Assembly: GCA_030390025.1 (NCBI GenBank)
Contig: CM059425.1
Location: 176,144,001-176,208,000 of the forward strand
Direction: 5' to 3'
Length of the DNA: 64,000 nt
Source of the DNA: Squalus acanthias
Lineage: Eukaryota
Part shown: piece by piece, positions 23,240-34,552 of the stretch
How the letters are laid out: each line of letters opens with the position of its first letter
Position numbering within the stretch: position 1 is the stretch's first letter
Position numbers and translations under genes: made by a program
The notes under the pieces: model-generated
Databases searched by the model: none
What the model saw: the letters and a program-made list of their open reading frames with translations, nothing else
What the model was told of the DNA's origin: nothing

Positions 23240-24656
23240 AAATGTTGGACCCAAAGATGAGGTTGGGTTTGATGGGCGATCTCGCAGCTTCCATTGCAGC
23301 ACAGATGGAAGCGACCCAAAATCTCAGTGCTGCAGTGGAAGTGCAGACTGCTCTCCTGCAATCTCAGCTTGCTGCCATTGCAAGTTCAGACTGCTGCCAT
23401 TGTGGCTGGGTTTGCCAGTGTGGAAAGGGGCTTGCAGGGTGTCACAGCAGTCCAGCAATCTGTGCTCCAACAGCTGGCTAGGAATGCTGAGGCGCCGCCC
23501 CAGGGGTACAGCAGTGGCTCCGTGGAGCAAGAACCTGCTGTCCTCTCTCAGATTGACAGCATTCGCTCTCCCACCAGTGCCACTCCGCCAGTGCCCTTGC
23601 TGCTGCCTGCCATCCAGCCAGCCCAGGCTGCTGCCGCTCATGCCGAGGTGGAGCAGTCTACACCCGAGCCTTTTAGGCCCAGAGCTGTTTGAGGTCGTCC
23701 TGCAAGGTCATCTGCAGTCTCCCCCACTGAAAGTCAGTAGCCTTCCACCAGCTGTTCTCCTGGAGTATAGAGCCTCTGTGACTTCCCGGATGCAGCGATG
23801 GACAGTGAACTGGGAGACGTTAGCTATGTCTCCAGCTCCAGACTGGAAGGATCCAGTGTGGAAAAAATTGAGGGCCACGGTGACCTTGAGGGCCACTGGG
23901 AGAGCCGTGGTTGCCCTGCTCTGAGGCTGCAGGTCTGGTTGCAGGAGGTGGCAGAGTTCTGTGACCACCTCCTTGGTGAAGCAAAGCCTCCAAATACACT
24001 GCTCTTCGCTTAAGTGCCAGTAGGAAAAGTGCTCTCGGAAGACCCTAGGTAGTTAAGGCCTCCTGCTGAGAGCCCTCCTCCTCTTCCCTCTGTGAGCATC
24101 TTATCCTCTTCTTCGCTGCCTCCGCTCCATCTCCCTGTCATACTCGAGCACGAGGGGGACTGCAAGTAGAGCCCCCATGACTGTGATGTGAACAGAACCC
24201 TTTAAATTAGAATCAAGACGTTCTCCACTTGCAGCACCACTCCCTGTCACCTCAGCAACTTTAAACAACTCTAGAAAGCTCCAAACCATTGCACAAACTT
24301 AGACAGAGCCAGTAGAACTGAAAAAGCAAGTCAGCTGCAAGTTGTTGATGATCCCTTTAAATAGCGCTGCTTGGGGTCCTTCCTGCTGCTGAACGCGTGG
24401 CCAGCTGGTCATGATTAGGAATGGGCGTTAAATGGACCGGCGACGGCCAAAATGGCAGATCATGCGTCAAATCAGCGTTGCATTCATTGATGTCACAATC
24501 TACCTCATCTAAATATCTGGAGCGAGCGCTGGCAACAGCACGCTGCCGACCTCCCCAAAATGGCGATCGCTGGGAGTGGGCGGAAGCGAGGTGGTCTCCA
24601 TATTTTCAGCAAAACCAGCCTTAACGGCCGGCGCTAAACCCCCGAATTCCGCGGCC
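23240..24656. mobile_element. Harbinger fragment: Myb exon 3 piece (+) fused tail-to-tail with the transposase N-terminal half (-)
   Basis: Junction at ~23752 removes both 3' ends. Terminus ..GAATTCCGCGGCC at 24656. Confidence 0.75.
23752..24178 (-). pseudogene. HARBI1-like transposase, N-terminal half
   Basis: MGALLAVPL..LSEEQC..EVVTELCHLLQPDL..VALKVTVALNFFHTGSFQ..SQFTVHRCIREVTEALY, with stops. Confidence 0.85.
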
Positions 24657-27374
24657 TGAGTGTCCTCAGCGAAAATAATTCAATCCCTTGACCACTCGAG
24701 GGGTGCGTTAGAGTATCTCTCAGAGAAAGTTTCTCCAACAAACATGGCACCTGTCATTTTCTTAATAAAGGATTGAACTGTAAATTGGTTTACCTGACAG
24801 ATGTCCCCTGTAGTGGTTTTGGAGGTTTCTGTTGTATTGAAGCCTAATGAACAGTAACCTTCACAGCTACAGGAAGGCCATCCCAGTCCTTGAAGTTGTC
24901 TGTAAAGCAGCCTGCATCAGCTCAGTCACTGCCACTGCAGTGAAACAGTGGTGCTGAAGACAGATCTTCTGTGATATATGATCAGATGTGTCTGGCATGG
25001 TCTGTAAATACTATTCCTTGGGTATTGAAGCAGCAAATATACCAACTTGGGTGTTATTGAACCTGAAGTTCTCCTCTCATGAATTGGTTCTCTTTTACTA
25101 ATTCAGGCAGCACTATAAGAACAACCAAAAGGAGTCTCATCCTTCCAACATTGTTAGCTGCAATTTGTGCTGCAGTAGTGATTGCCAAGACTTCAGGAGA
25201 GCGTGTGCTAAGCATACTGAAGCTTTCAATAAAAAGGCAAAAATATAGAGGGGAATAAAATTGTGGAAGATTGCATTCATTGCACAAGTAAAAAAATTGC
25301 TTGTTCCAAACAAAATTAGACTTCAAATTTCAGTGAGACACGAGCAACCCTGATTTGAGAAATTCCAATGCAGGTCAGATCCAGTTCCCTATCATGTGCT
25401 CATGTTATACAGGTGAGGTGTGCATTGGAGAAGAGCTTTAATCAAAATCGTAAAATTGAGCATGGGATCTGATTTGCCTGAATTTTCAATTAAATGAGAC
25501 TTGCACATGTCTGCAGCTCAGTGTCTTTGCTCATCCCAAATTTGTGTCTTGGAAATTTAGAAGCTCAAGTTTGGGGCCGGATTTTCCTTCTCTGCACCAC
25601 TGACAGAGCCTCGGAAAATCAACTTAATAGAGTCCCAGGAAACCAGCATAATATATCAAATATAAGGGGTGATCTTATGAGTTCCCACTCATGACATAAA
25701 GCCTTGTCTGCTGGGAGTGGATCATGTATGTTAATGCCTATTTTCAAGGGAGCAGCCATGACTGCTTTCACAATACACAGAACCTCGCCTGCCACAAACT
25801 CATATTGGGAATTCGAGCACATGCTCGTCATGAGTTTCTGTCAAGAAAAAATTACTGGGGGTCATAACGCTAAATTCCTGCTATGCCTTCCTGATGGGCG
25901 AGGCTTCATGCTGGAAGCACAAATTTATAAAATTACTACTTTGGTAGCTGGAAAGGAAGTGCATGTGAGTATTCAAGGGTTCAATCAAGTGTTCAGTACC
26001 TCAGGACTGCTCTGTAATGTTACCATGTGAATCCCTTCCCTCCTGAGAGCTTTCCTATTCCTTCTTACTGTGGTCTCTCTACCTATTTCTCAGTGCTCCC
26101 TGGCTCAATAGTGTGCTAGAAAAAGAGGCCATGGTGATTACTGCCTTAAAGCTGGTGGATGGAAAAGTCATGTGGTCTTCATGCTCCGCAAAATTAGAAG
26201 GATTTACGCTGGCATTGCCAAATATATGTGAGGCTACTTGTTCAGAAAGTACTCCAAGTTGCAATTGCTGAGATTTGTGCATCTGGATGAGGTCCTCCAA
26301 TCGCTCCCAAAGGGTCCCACTCCACACCTCTGTTCGCAGAGTGTTTAAGCCATGATGGTTTCTTGAATTCTGTGCCCCAGAACATCTGTGTGAACTAGTG
26401 GAATAATTAGCTGCAGCCACAGGCACTTGCTAATTGTTGAATGTTATTAGACTGAAACGCTGATTTACACAGCTAATCAGCTGCCTAATTTGCTTGACAT
26501 ACGAGTAAGGCACTCCTGCATCTCACTAAAACATTCCAATATGTTTCACCGTGGAGCACAGTGCATTTTGAATTCTTATATATAATCCAGTTTCTTTTGT
26601 ACCAACATATCTGCATCAGGGATCTTGTCTCTAGGCCCCAAAGGATCAGTGGTAAGTAAAATCATTTTCATTAAGGGAATCTTTGGTGTAGCCCAGGAGC
26701 CACGAATGTCGTCTCATCTCCTCATCTTGGTGGCCCATGATACTGCTTGCATTACCACTGTTAAGTGCCTGATAGCGCACAGGAGAGCTTTGTACTACAG
26801 AGGTTATATCCTCTTTCCTGCCACTTCATTGTGATGTATGTCCTCACCGTGTAGCAAACATAAGGTAACAAGTAAATTACAGGACAATAGGGGAATCATT
26901 TTAAAAGTTCATGGGGGAGAAATTCGGTCCTTAGCACCTCCAGTTAGCATCTGGCGGGGGCGCTAATGGGGCGTGGAGGCCGTAGCGCTGTGGCGAGGCA
27001 AATCCAGTGACGCACGCCAAATCCGCCCCCCCCCCCCCCCGTAACACTGCCGCTACGAGTTAGCGCCGGGGATTTCAGCGCCAGGCAATCTGCAAAATTC
27101 ATCGTCGCTCCCTGCCTTAACGCCTCACCCCAACAGTGACAGGGAGAGGAGGTGTGAAGCAGTCAGTAGCCAGCTCCAGGGGCGCTACTTAAAGGGATCA
27201 TGAGTGATGAGTCGCAGATCTCAGGTTAGTGCTGTTTCACTGCTTCCTGGTCTGTGTGACATTTTGCAACATGTTTATTCAGTCATTTAAAGGTTGTTTA
27301 GCCTCGAGAGTGTTGTGGCTACTAAAAATTAGTTACATTTATTCTCACAACATATCAAAGTACTACGATGCGAT

Positions 27375-27803
27375 AGCAAAATACTGCGGATGCTGGAAAA
27401 TTGAAACAACAACAGAAAACGCTGGAAAAGCTCAGCAGGCCAGGCAACATCCATGGCGAGAGAAACAGAGTCAACGTTTCAGGTCGAAACCCTTCATCAG
27501 AACTGAGAAAAAAGCAGGAAATTGAACAGATAAAAAAGCAAGTGGGAGGCTGGAGGGAGGAATAAAGGAACAAAAGGGGTGGTCTATGGTAAGTAGAGAC
27601 ATTAAGAGATGCTCAAGACGAGATGGTAATGGGACAGGTTAAGAAACGAAAGATGGCTCAGAAGTGTGAAGTGTGAAATGCTGGCAGAATGAGAGACAGC
27701 TGCCGTGGGGGAGAGAGAGAGAAAGAAAGGGAAAAGGCACAAACCAAAAGGGTGGATAAAATGTATATATATATATATGTGGTAGGGGCCGAGGTTATGA
27801 TCT
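27375..27803 (-). mobile_element. Penelope-like element terminal region (family B, non-inverted)
   Basis: Shares GCAAAATACTGC..GCTGGAAA..CTCAGCAGG..AGAGAAACAGAGT with the fold-back copies and extends past the hammerhead into purine-rich sequence. Confidence 0.6.
27469..27504 (-). ncRNA. Minimal hammerhead ribozyme motif (best preserved family B copy)
   Basis: Reverse strand AGTT-CTGATGA-AGGGTTTCGACCT-GAAA-CG-TT-GACT: intact cores, stem I AGTT/GACT, palindromic ACGT stem III. Confidence 0.72.
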
Positions 27804-28832
27804 TGGATGCGGGAAGGGGATTACTGACACTTATCTGCCTGTTAACAGGTAGTTAACAGGCAGATAAGAGGATTATCCCCATTTTGCCCACACAAGTGCG
27901 GGCTTCCCGAAGGCTCCGAAACCCGCCAGGGTCACCGAGGCGAGCAGTGGGTCTGCGGGGGTCGGAGGGGTGCAAAAGTGCGCTGTGAAGGTAAGTGATG
28001 GGTGCAAGTGTGGAGAGGTGAGTATGTGAGGTAAGTGGAAAGTGTTAGAAAAAGTTTACTTACCTTTGTTTCTTCCTGCAGGCTTCAGTCGGTGGGTATA
28101 CGGAGAGTCTCGCACCTCCGCGGCAGAGATGACAGATGGCCGTTGCATTCTCCAATGCAACAACCATCTAATTTCTGCAAAAGAAAGAGGTTTGATGAGG
28201 TCTTGAATTCAAGAACTCATCAAACTACAGAGAATGTCAGTATTTGACAGCTTCACAGAGCTGTCAAACGATAACAATTCATCTGTCAAAGATTTTTGAC
28301 AGATGAAACGTCATACGTTGACGATCTCTGTAACCGGCTTTCCCTTAATTGGCCTGCTAAGCCCACTGGGCGGGCTTAACAAGGTCAATCAAGGGAAATA
28401 GCGTGGGTTGGCCAGAAGTTGATGGAGGCGGGACTGAAACCCAACAAGTGGGAGTCCCGCCTCCAAAAGCTCCCCATTGGCAAAATCCAGCCCAATGGAC
28501 CAGATAACTTGGTTGGGCATTGTCTTTTTGTGTCAAATCAGTTAATGACATGGTTATATTCTAAGAGTTGGGAATAAGCCTGCGATTATTGTTGGCTAAC
28601 CCAAAGCATGCCTGTACAATGGGGCATGCACAATGTACAATGGATCCACTCTTAAGTGGTTGGGTCTTTCCCCACCCACAAGGTAACTTAATCAAAATAC
28701 CTCAACTATGCCAAAGTCATAGTGACTTATGCGACCTTTTACTGCTTCACTCAACCGGGCTAGTGTGTTGATGAGATATTGATCCCATGTAAGACAGAAA
28801 ATGGCAATACTGCCAATTTATGCGAAGACATA

Positions 28833-29597
28833 GGCCCTGAAATTCGCCTCTCCGGCTTGCCGCGGGGTAAGGATCGCGCGCGCACTTACCTACCGCGCCT
28901 GCCGTTGTGTTTTGGGCCCACGGAAACTTCAGCTCCTGGGCCTGCTCCAAGTGCCGGCACGCAGTGCTTGCGTGTCCCAGGGGCGCAGTTAGTGCAATGC
29001 GTCCCCTGAGATCACGTGGGCCATGGAGAGCCAATGGCAGCAGACCATCTTTCATTCATAGATTTGACAGGAAGACCTGTCAAATCTGTGAATTGAAATC
29101 GGCCCCAAAAGAACAGCTAAACTTAAAATAAATTTAAAAAAAACCCCATCACATTTATAAAATAACTATAGTTAAATAAATTAACCACTTTAAACAAAAA
29201 TTTAAATTAAAAAAAAAATTAAAATACTTTTTAACAGTGCTAAAAATAAACTTACTTTTCTTTAAAGTATCTAAAAAAGATAAACCTGTTGAAATTTTTT
29301 TTAAATTATACTTAATTAACCACTTACCTTGTTGAAAACGGCTCCTGCGCCTCCTTTTTAAAAGCGTAGGTTCTTCAATACTTACCCTCCCGTAGAAACC
29401 TGAAAAAAAACCTAAGTTTGCTGCGTGCGCGCAGCCTCTACCGCGCATGCGGTTCACCTAGGAACCGCCCCCTTCACCAGACCAGAAGTTCCGGTTTCCC
29501 GCGCATGCGCAGTGCATGCAGGAAACTGACACTTCGGGACGCCTTACGGGTGAGTACACAGTGCGTACTCACCCAGGAAGGGCCGAATTTTTGGCCC
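28833..29597. mobile_element. Harbinger-type MITE with AT-rich centre
   Basis: GGCCCTGAAATTCG / CGAATTTTTGGCCC, TSD ATA at 28830-28832 and 29598-29600. Confidence 0.8.
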
Positions 29598-29764
29598 ATA
29601 ATTCCTGACCCCTGTCAGAATGGAATCCACCAGCTGTTGGAGTGAGGTGGATGCATCCTCATGTTACTTAACCTCATGTTTGCTACACGGTGCTGGTAAC
29701 AGGCACTGTACTTTTAACAGCACCATACCAACATGCACCTTCGACCATCAAGCCAATCTCCCTT

Positions 29765-29847
29765 TGCCCCATCATTGGTGGCTGTGCCTTTAACTGCCTA
29801 GGCCACACGCTCTGGGATTCCCTCCCTAAATCCCACCGCCTCTCCAC
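29765..29847 (+). mobile_element. L2/CR1-group LINE 3' fragment
   Basis: IGGCAFNCLGHTLWDSLPK resembles the C-terminal G.RAF...P.LWNSLP motif. Confidence 0.45.
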
Positions 29848-30309
29848 TGCAGCTGTTAAAGCTGAGCTGCCTTCTGCAGATAAAAAAAATTAAATTGCTT
29901 CAGCACTAGGCAGTCTGCACCTCTTAAAGGTGAGCTGCCTTCTGCTGATCAAAAATGGTAAATGTGCTTCAGCACGAACACAAATGGTTGAACAGGCCAG
30001 GGAAAGGGCGCCCATGGTATCGGATGCAGCACTGCAGCTTTCTACAAGGGGTCAACACTGGAAGAGAGGTCCTCTACCCATAGTGGTCCAGCAGGATGTG
30101 GGACCAGATCGTCGAGGTAGTCACTGCCAACAATGTCGCCCCAGGACCTGGCTCCAGTGCCCAAAGAAGTTTCATGACCTCAGACAAGTCATCAAGGTCA
30201 GTGAATGCATCTTCAAAAGCCGTCTCCTACCAACTGCACACAAGCCTCACAAACTGCTCAATGCACGCCCCCCCGAATCATTCATCTACCAACAATCTCT
30301 ACCAAACAT

Positions 30310-30897
30310 GAGGCACACCTCACCAGCAGCCAGGCTCATGGCACCATGACTGGCTCTGTTGCAAAGAAGGGAGGGAAAAAGAGTGGCAGGGCTATAGTAA
30401 TAGGGGATTCGATTGTAAGGGGAATAGATAGGGGTTTCTGTGGTCGCGACCGAGACTCCACGATGGTATGTTGCCTCCCTGGTGCAAGGGTCAAGGATGT
30501 CTCGGCGCGGGTGCAGAACATTCTGGAGGGGGAGGGGGAACAGCCAGTTGTCGTGATACATGTTGGTACCAACGACGTAGCTAAAAAAAGGGAAGAGGTC
30601 CTACAAGTAGAATTTAGGGAGTTAGGAGCCAAGCTAAAAAGTAGGACCTCGAAGGTAGTAATCTCTGGATTACTACCAGTGCCACGTGCTAGTAAGAGTA
30701 CAGAGAACAGGATAGTTAGGCTAAATACGTGGCTTGAGCAGTGGTGTAAGAGGGAGGGTTTTAAATTTTTGAGGCATTGGAACCAGTTTTGTGGTAGGTG
30801 TGACCTATACAAAAGGGACGGTCTACACCTGTGCAAAGATGGAACTGATGTTCTCGGGGTAATTTTTGATAAAGCAGTTCGGGAGCATTTAAACTAG
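30310..30897 (+). CDS. CR1 ORF1, partial: SGNH/GDSL esterase domain
   Basis: IVIGDSIVR, CLPGA, HVGTND, DGLHL motifs. The first part of ORF 30205 is host Harbinger intron. Confidence 0.88.
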   Translation, partial: EAHLTSSQAHGTMTGSVAKKGGKKSGRAIVIGDSIVRGIDRGFCGRDRDSTMVCCLPGARVKDVSARVQNILEGEGEQPVVVIHVGTNDVAKKREEVLQVEFRELGAKLKSRTSKVVISGLLPVPRASKSTENRIVRLNTWLEQWCKREGFKFLRHWNQFCGRCDLYKRDGLHLCKDGTDVLGVIFDKAVREHLN

Positions 30898-33839
30898 TAT
30901 GGCAGGGGGCTAGAAACCTATGTAGTGAAATAGAGGAAAGTGAAAGGCAGACAGAAATAAATGGTAAAAGGGTGAGGAACAAAAAACAAAGGGCCAAACT
31001 AATTCATAAAAAATGTGAGCATAAAAAAAGCCTGAGGGTTTTATACCTTAATGCGAGAAGCATCAGGAACAAGGTAGATGAATTAGCTGTGGAAATAGAG
31101 GTTAATAATTATGATCTAATTGGGATTACGGAAACATGGTTGCAGGGTGAGCAGGGCTGGGAGCTTAACATACAGGGGTATTCAGTATTTAGGAAGGATC
31201 GACAAAAAAGAAAGGGAGGAGGGGTAGCATTGCTGGTAAAAGAAGGGATAAATGCAATTGAAAGGAAGGATATTAACTCAGTTAATACAGAATCTATATG
31301 GGTGGAGCTAAGAAATAGCGAGGGGCGAAAAACATTAATAGGAGTGGTATATAGGCCTCCAAATAGTAAAATAGAGGTTGGGGAGGGCATCACGAGGGAA
31401 ATTAGAGAAGCGTGCAATAAGAGCACAGCTGTCATCATAGGTGACTTTAACTTACATATAGATTGGAATAGCCTAATCAGTAAAAATAATGAGGAGGAGG
31501 AATTCCTTGAGTGTTTAAGGGATGGTTATCTGGATCAATATGTCGAGGAACCAACTCGGGAACAGGCTATATTGGACTGGGTACTGTGCAATGAGAAGGG
31601 ACTAATTAGTAATCTTGTTGTACGGGGACCCTTGGGTCAGAGCGATCATAACATGATCGATTTCTCACTCGAAATGGAGAGCGAAGAAATTGACTCAGAG
31701 ACTAAGGTCCTGAATTTAAACAAGGGGAATTATGATGCCATTAGACGGGAACTGAGTAGGTCTGATTGGACAACGTTCCTGGGAGGACTGGAGGTAGATA
31801 AACAATGGCAAGCATTTAAAGATAGAATGACAAAATTGCAAAAATTGTTTATACCAATCTGGCATAAAAGGAAATCTAAAAAGGTGACTCAACCGTGGAT
31901 AACAGGGGAAATTAGAGACAGCATAAAATCCAAAGATAGGGCGTATAAAATAGCCAAAAAAAGCGCCAGAGCGGAAGATTGGGAACAGTTTAAGATAGAG
32001 CAAAGGAGGACAAAGGGCTTAATCAAGAGGGGCAAAATAGCTTACGAAAGCAAGCTGGCGGAAAATATAAAAACTAACTCCAAAAGCTTTTATAAGTATA
32101 TCAAGAGGAAAAGACTGGTGAAAACCAAAGTTGGCCCATTGCAGTCAGATACGGGGGAATATATAACGGGAAATAAGGAAATGGCAGACCAACTAAATGC
32201 ATACTTTGGGTCAGTCTTTACGAAGGAAGACACAAAAAACCTCCCTGGGATATCGGGAAAAATAGGGACATTTGCAAAGGAGGAACTGACGCAAGTCAAT
32301 ATCTCTAAGGTTATGGTGTTAAGGAAGCTAAAGGGATTGAAGGCGGACAAATCCCCAGGGCCTGATAACATGCATCCTAGGGTGCTGAAGGAGGTGGCCC
32401 TAGAGATAGCGGATGCACTAAGTATGATTTTTCAGAATTCATTAGACTCGGGAACAGTGCCCATGGATTGGAGGGTAGCTAACGTTACCCCACTATTCAA
32501 AAAGGGGGGTAGGGAAAAAGCAGGTAATTACAGACCTGTAAGCCTTACATCAGTTGTGGGCAAAATGCTGGAGTCCATCATTAAGGATGAAATAGCGGAG
32601 CACTTAGCAAATGGGGACAGGATAGGACAGAGTCAACATGGATTTACAAAGGGTAAATCGTGCTTGACTAATCTATTGGAATTTTTTGAGGGAGTAACTG
32701 GTAAAATAGATGGGGGAGAGCCAGTAGATGTGGTGTACCTGGACTTCCAAAAGGCCTTCGATAAGGTCCCACATAAAAGATTAGCAGGGAAAATTGAAGC
32801 TCATGGGATAAAGGGGAAAGTATTGACGTGGATAGAGAACTGGCTGTCAGATAGAAAACAGAGAGTTGGAATAAACGGCTCATTTTCTGAATGGCAGGCA
32901 GTAACAAGTGGGGTACCACAGGGATCTGTCCTGGGTCCCCAGCTGTTCACAATTTACATTAATGACCTGGATCAGGGAGTCGGATGCAGCATTTCCAAAT
33001 TTGCAGACGACACTAAACTAGGAGGGGGGGTGGGCTCAGAGGAGGAGACCAGGAAGCTCCAGAGCGATTTGGACAGACTGGGTGATTGGGCGGATAAATG
33101 GCAGATGCACTATAATGTGGACAAGTGCGAAGTTATCCACCTTGGGTGCAGGAACGGGAGGGCAAATTATTATTTAAATGGCAATAAATTGGGAGAGGGG
33201 GAAGTACAGAGAGACCTGGGTGTTCTTGTACACCAGTCACTGAAGGCGAGCATGCAGGTGCAACAGGCGATCAAGAAGGCAAACGGTATGCTGGCCTTCA
33301 TAGCAAAAGGGTTGGAATACAGGAACAGGGATACCTTGCTGCAGCTGTACAGGGCACAGGTGAGACCACACCTCGAGTACTGTGTACAGTTTTGGTCGCC
33401 TCATCTGAGGAAAGATGTTCTTGCCATGGAGGGGGTGCAGCGGCGATTCACCAGGCTGATACCAGGAATGGCGGGATTGACCTATGAGGAGAGACTATGT
33501 AGTTTAGGGATGTACACACTGGAGTTTAGAAGATTGAGAGGGGACCTCATAGAAGTGTATAAAATTCTGACAGGTCTAGACAGACTAGATGCAGAAGGAA
33601 TGTTTCCCTTGGCGGGTGAGAACAGAACTAGAGGACATAATTTAAGGATAAGGGCTAAACCATTTAGGACAGAAATGAGGGGGAATTTCTTCACTCAGAG
33701 GGTGGTGAACCTGTGGAACTCATTGCCACAGAGGGCAGTGTACGCCAGCTCATTAAATATATTTAAGAGGGAATTAGATATATTTCTACAGGCAAAAGGG
33801 GTTAAGGGTTACGGAGAGAAGGCGGGGACGGGATACTGA
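30888..33839 (+). CDS. CR1 ORF2: APE endonuclease plus reverse transcriptase, intact, no AUG start
   Basis: Frame is open from the TTTAAAC at 30888. [40 protein letters not shown] motifs. The track start at 30972 is GTG. Confidence 0.95.
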   Translation, partial: FKLVWQGARNLCSEIEESERQTEINGKRVRNKKQRAKLIHKKCEHKKSLRVLYLNARSIRNKVDELAVEIEVNNYDLIGITETWLQGEQGWELNIQGYSVFRKDRQKRKGGGVALLVKEGINAIERKDINSVNTESIWVELRNSEGRKTLIGVVYRPPNSKIEVGEGITREIREACNKSTAVIIGDFNLHIDWNSLISKNNEEEEFLECLRDGYLDQYVEEPTREQAILDWVLCNEKGLISNLVVRGPLGQSDHNMIDFSLEMESEEIDSETKVLNLNKGNYDAIRRELSRSDWTTFLGGLEVDKQWQAFKDRMTKLQKLFIPIWHKRKSKKVTQPWITGEIRDSIKSKDRAYKIAKKSARAEDWEQFKIEQRRTKGLIKRGKIAYESKLAENIKTNSKSFYKYIKRKRLVKTKVGPLQSDTGEYITGNKEMADQLNAYFGSVFTKEDTKNLPGISGKIGTFAKEELTQVNISKVMVLRKLKGLKADKSPGPDNMHPRVLKEVALEIADALSMIFQNSLDSGTVPMDWRVANVTPLFKKGGREKAGNYRPVSLTSVVGKMLESIIKDEIAEHLANGDRIGQSQHGFTKGKSCLTNLLEFFEGVTGKIDGGEPVDVVYLDFQKAFDKVPHKRLAGKIEAHGIKGKVLTWIENWLSDRKQRVGINGSFSEWQAVTSGVPQGSVLGPQLFTIYINDLDQGVGCSISKFADDTKLGGGVGSEEETRKLQSDLDRLGDWADKWQMHYNVDKCEVIHLGCRNGRANYYLNGNKLGEGEVQRDLGVLVHQSLKASMQVQQAIKKANGMLAFIAKGLEYRNRDTLLQLYRAQVRPHLEYCVQFWSPHLRKDVLAMEGVQRRFTRLIPGMAGLTYEERLCSLGMYTLEFRRLRGDLIEVYKILTGLDRLDAEGMFPLAGENRTRGHNLRIRAKPFRTEMRGNFFTQRVVNLWNSLPQRAVYASSLNIFKRELDIFLQAKGVKGYGEKAGTGY

Positions 33840-34552
33840 ATTGGAGGATCAGCCATGATCTCATTAAATGGCGGAGCAGGCTCGAAGGGCCGGATGGCCT
33901 ACTCCTGCTCCTATCTTCTATGTATCTATGTATCTATGTATTCTTAGCTTCATCTCAGCCCCTTGGAGGAGACAGTTCTGGCCATTCTTGGCAGGGGCAT
34001 GGCTGAAAGAATACAAGATGCCGGTATCCTCATATGTTATCCTCCTTCTCACAATCCATTTCCCCCTCATCCCACAATATCTTCTGATTTACAAGCTGCA
34101 CATGGTGGAAGCATGCACCTCTTGCTTTACCCGCCCCCCCACCCCTCACTACAAACCTATCCTTGTGCCTTTCTCATTTCAGACACCCAAGAAATCCAGC
34201 CTGTCCAACCAATGGTTGAACAAGAAGAGGGAGAGGAGAGTGAAGGAGAATAAGAAGAAGATTTCACATGATTTCACACTCAGAGGCGGTGGAGCAACAG
34301 CGGCGAGGCGGCGGCGGTAAAAGGCGGCAGCGACCAGGTAGGCTTTCACCAAGCCGAGAGCAGGAGAGAGGTAAAAAATAATCGAAGTGTGACGTCACCA
34401 GAAAGCAGGTAAGTGATTGGTTGGTGAGTATTTCTCTTTTTTTTTATACAAAACTTCAATTTTATTGTTTCTCGGGTATCTGTGGTGTAGCAGAGACTGC
34501 TGGCATAAATTAACTGAAGGGTAAATAATACATTTTTAATTAATTACATAGA

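Larger units (their letters stand above)
26913..28493. mobile_element. Composite of Harbinger ends interrupted by a Penelope-like 3' fragment
   Basis: GGGGGAGAAATT at 26913; ..AAAATCCAGCCC at 28493. 28330-28493 is the inverse of the 58479 and 15733 left ends. Confidence 0.55.
30310..33941 (+). mobile_element. CR1 LINE, 5'-truncated within ORF1, ORF2 intact
   Basis: Esterase half of ORF1, 955-codon ORF2, 3' UTR and (CTATGTAT)n tail. Confidence 0.97.

Noticed and set aside
24790..26430. Host exons in the unique block (ORFs 25054, 25704, 26079; splice-like sites at 24793 and 25002)
   Set aside because: The best-flanked minus-strand segment has stops in all three frames and no peptide is recognisable. 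Non-coding exons cannot be excluded.
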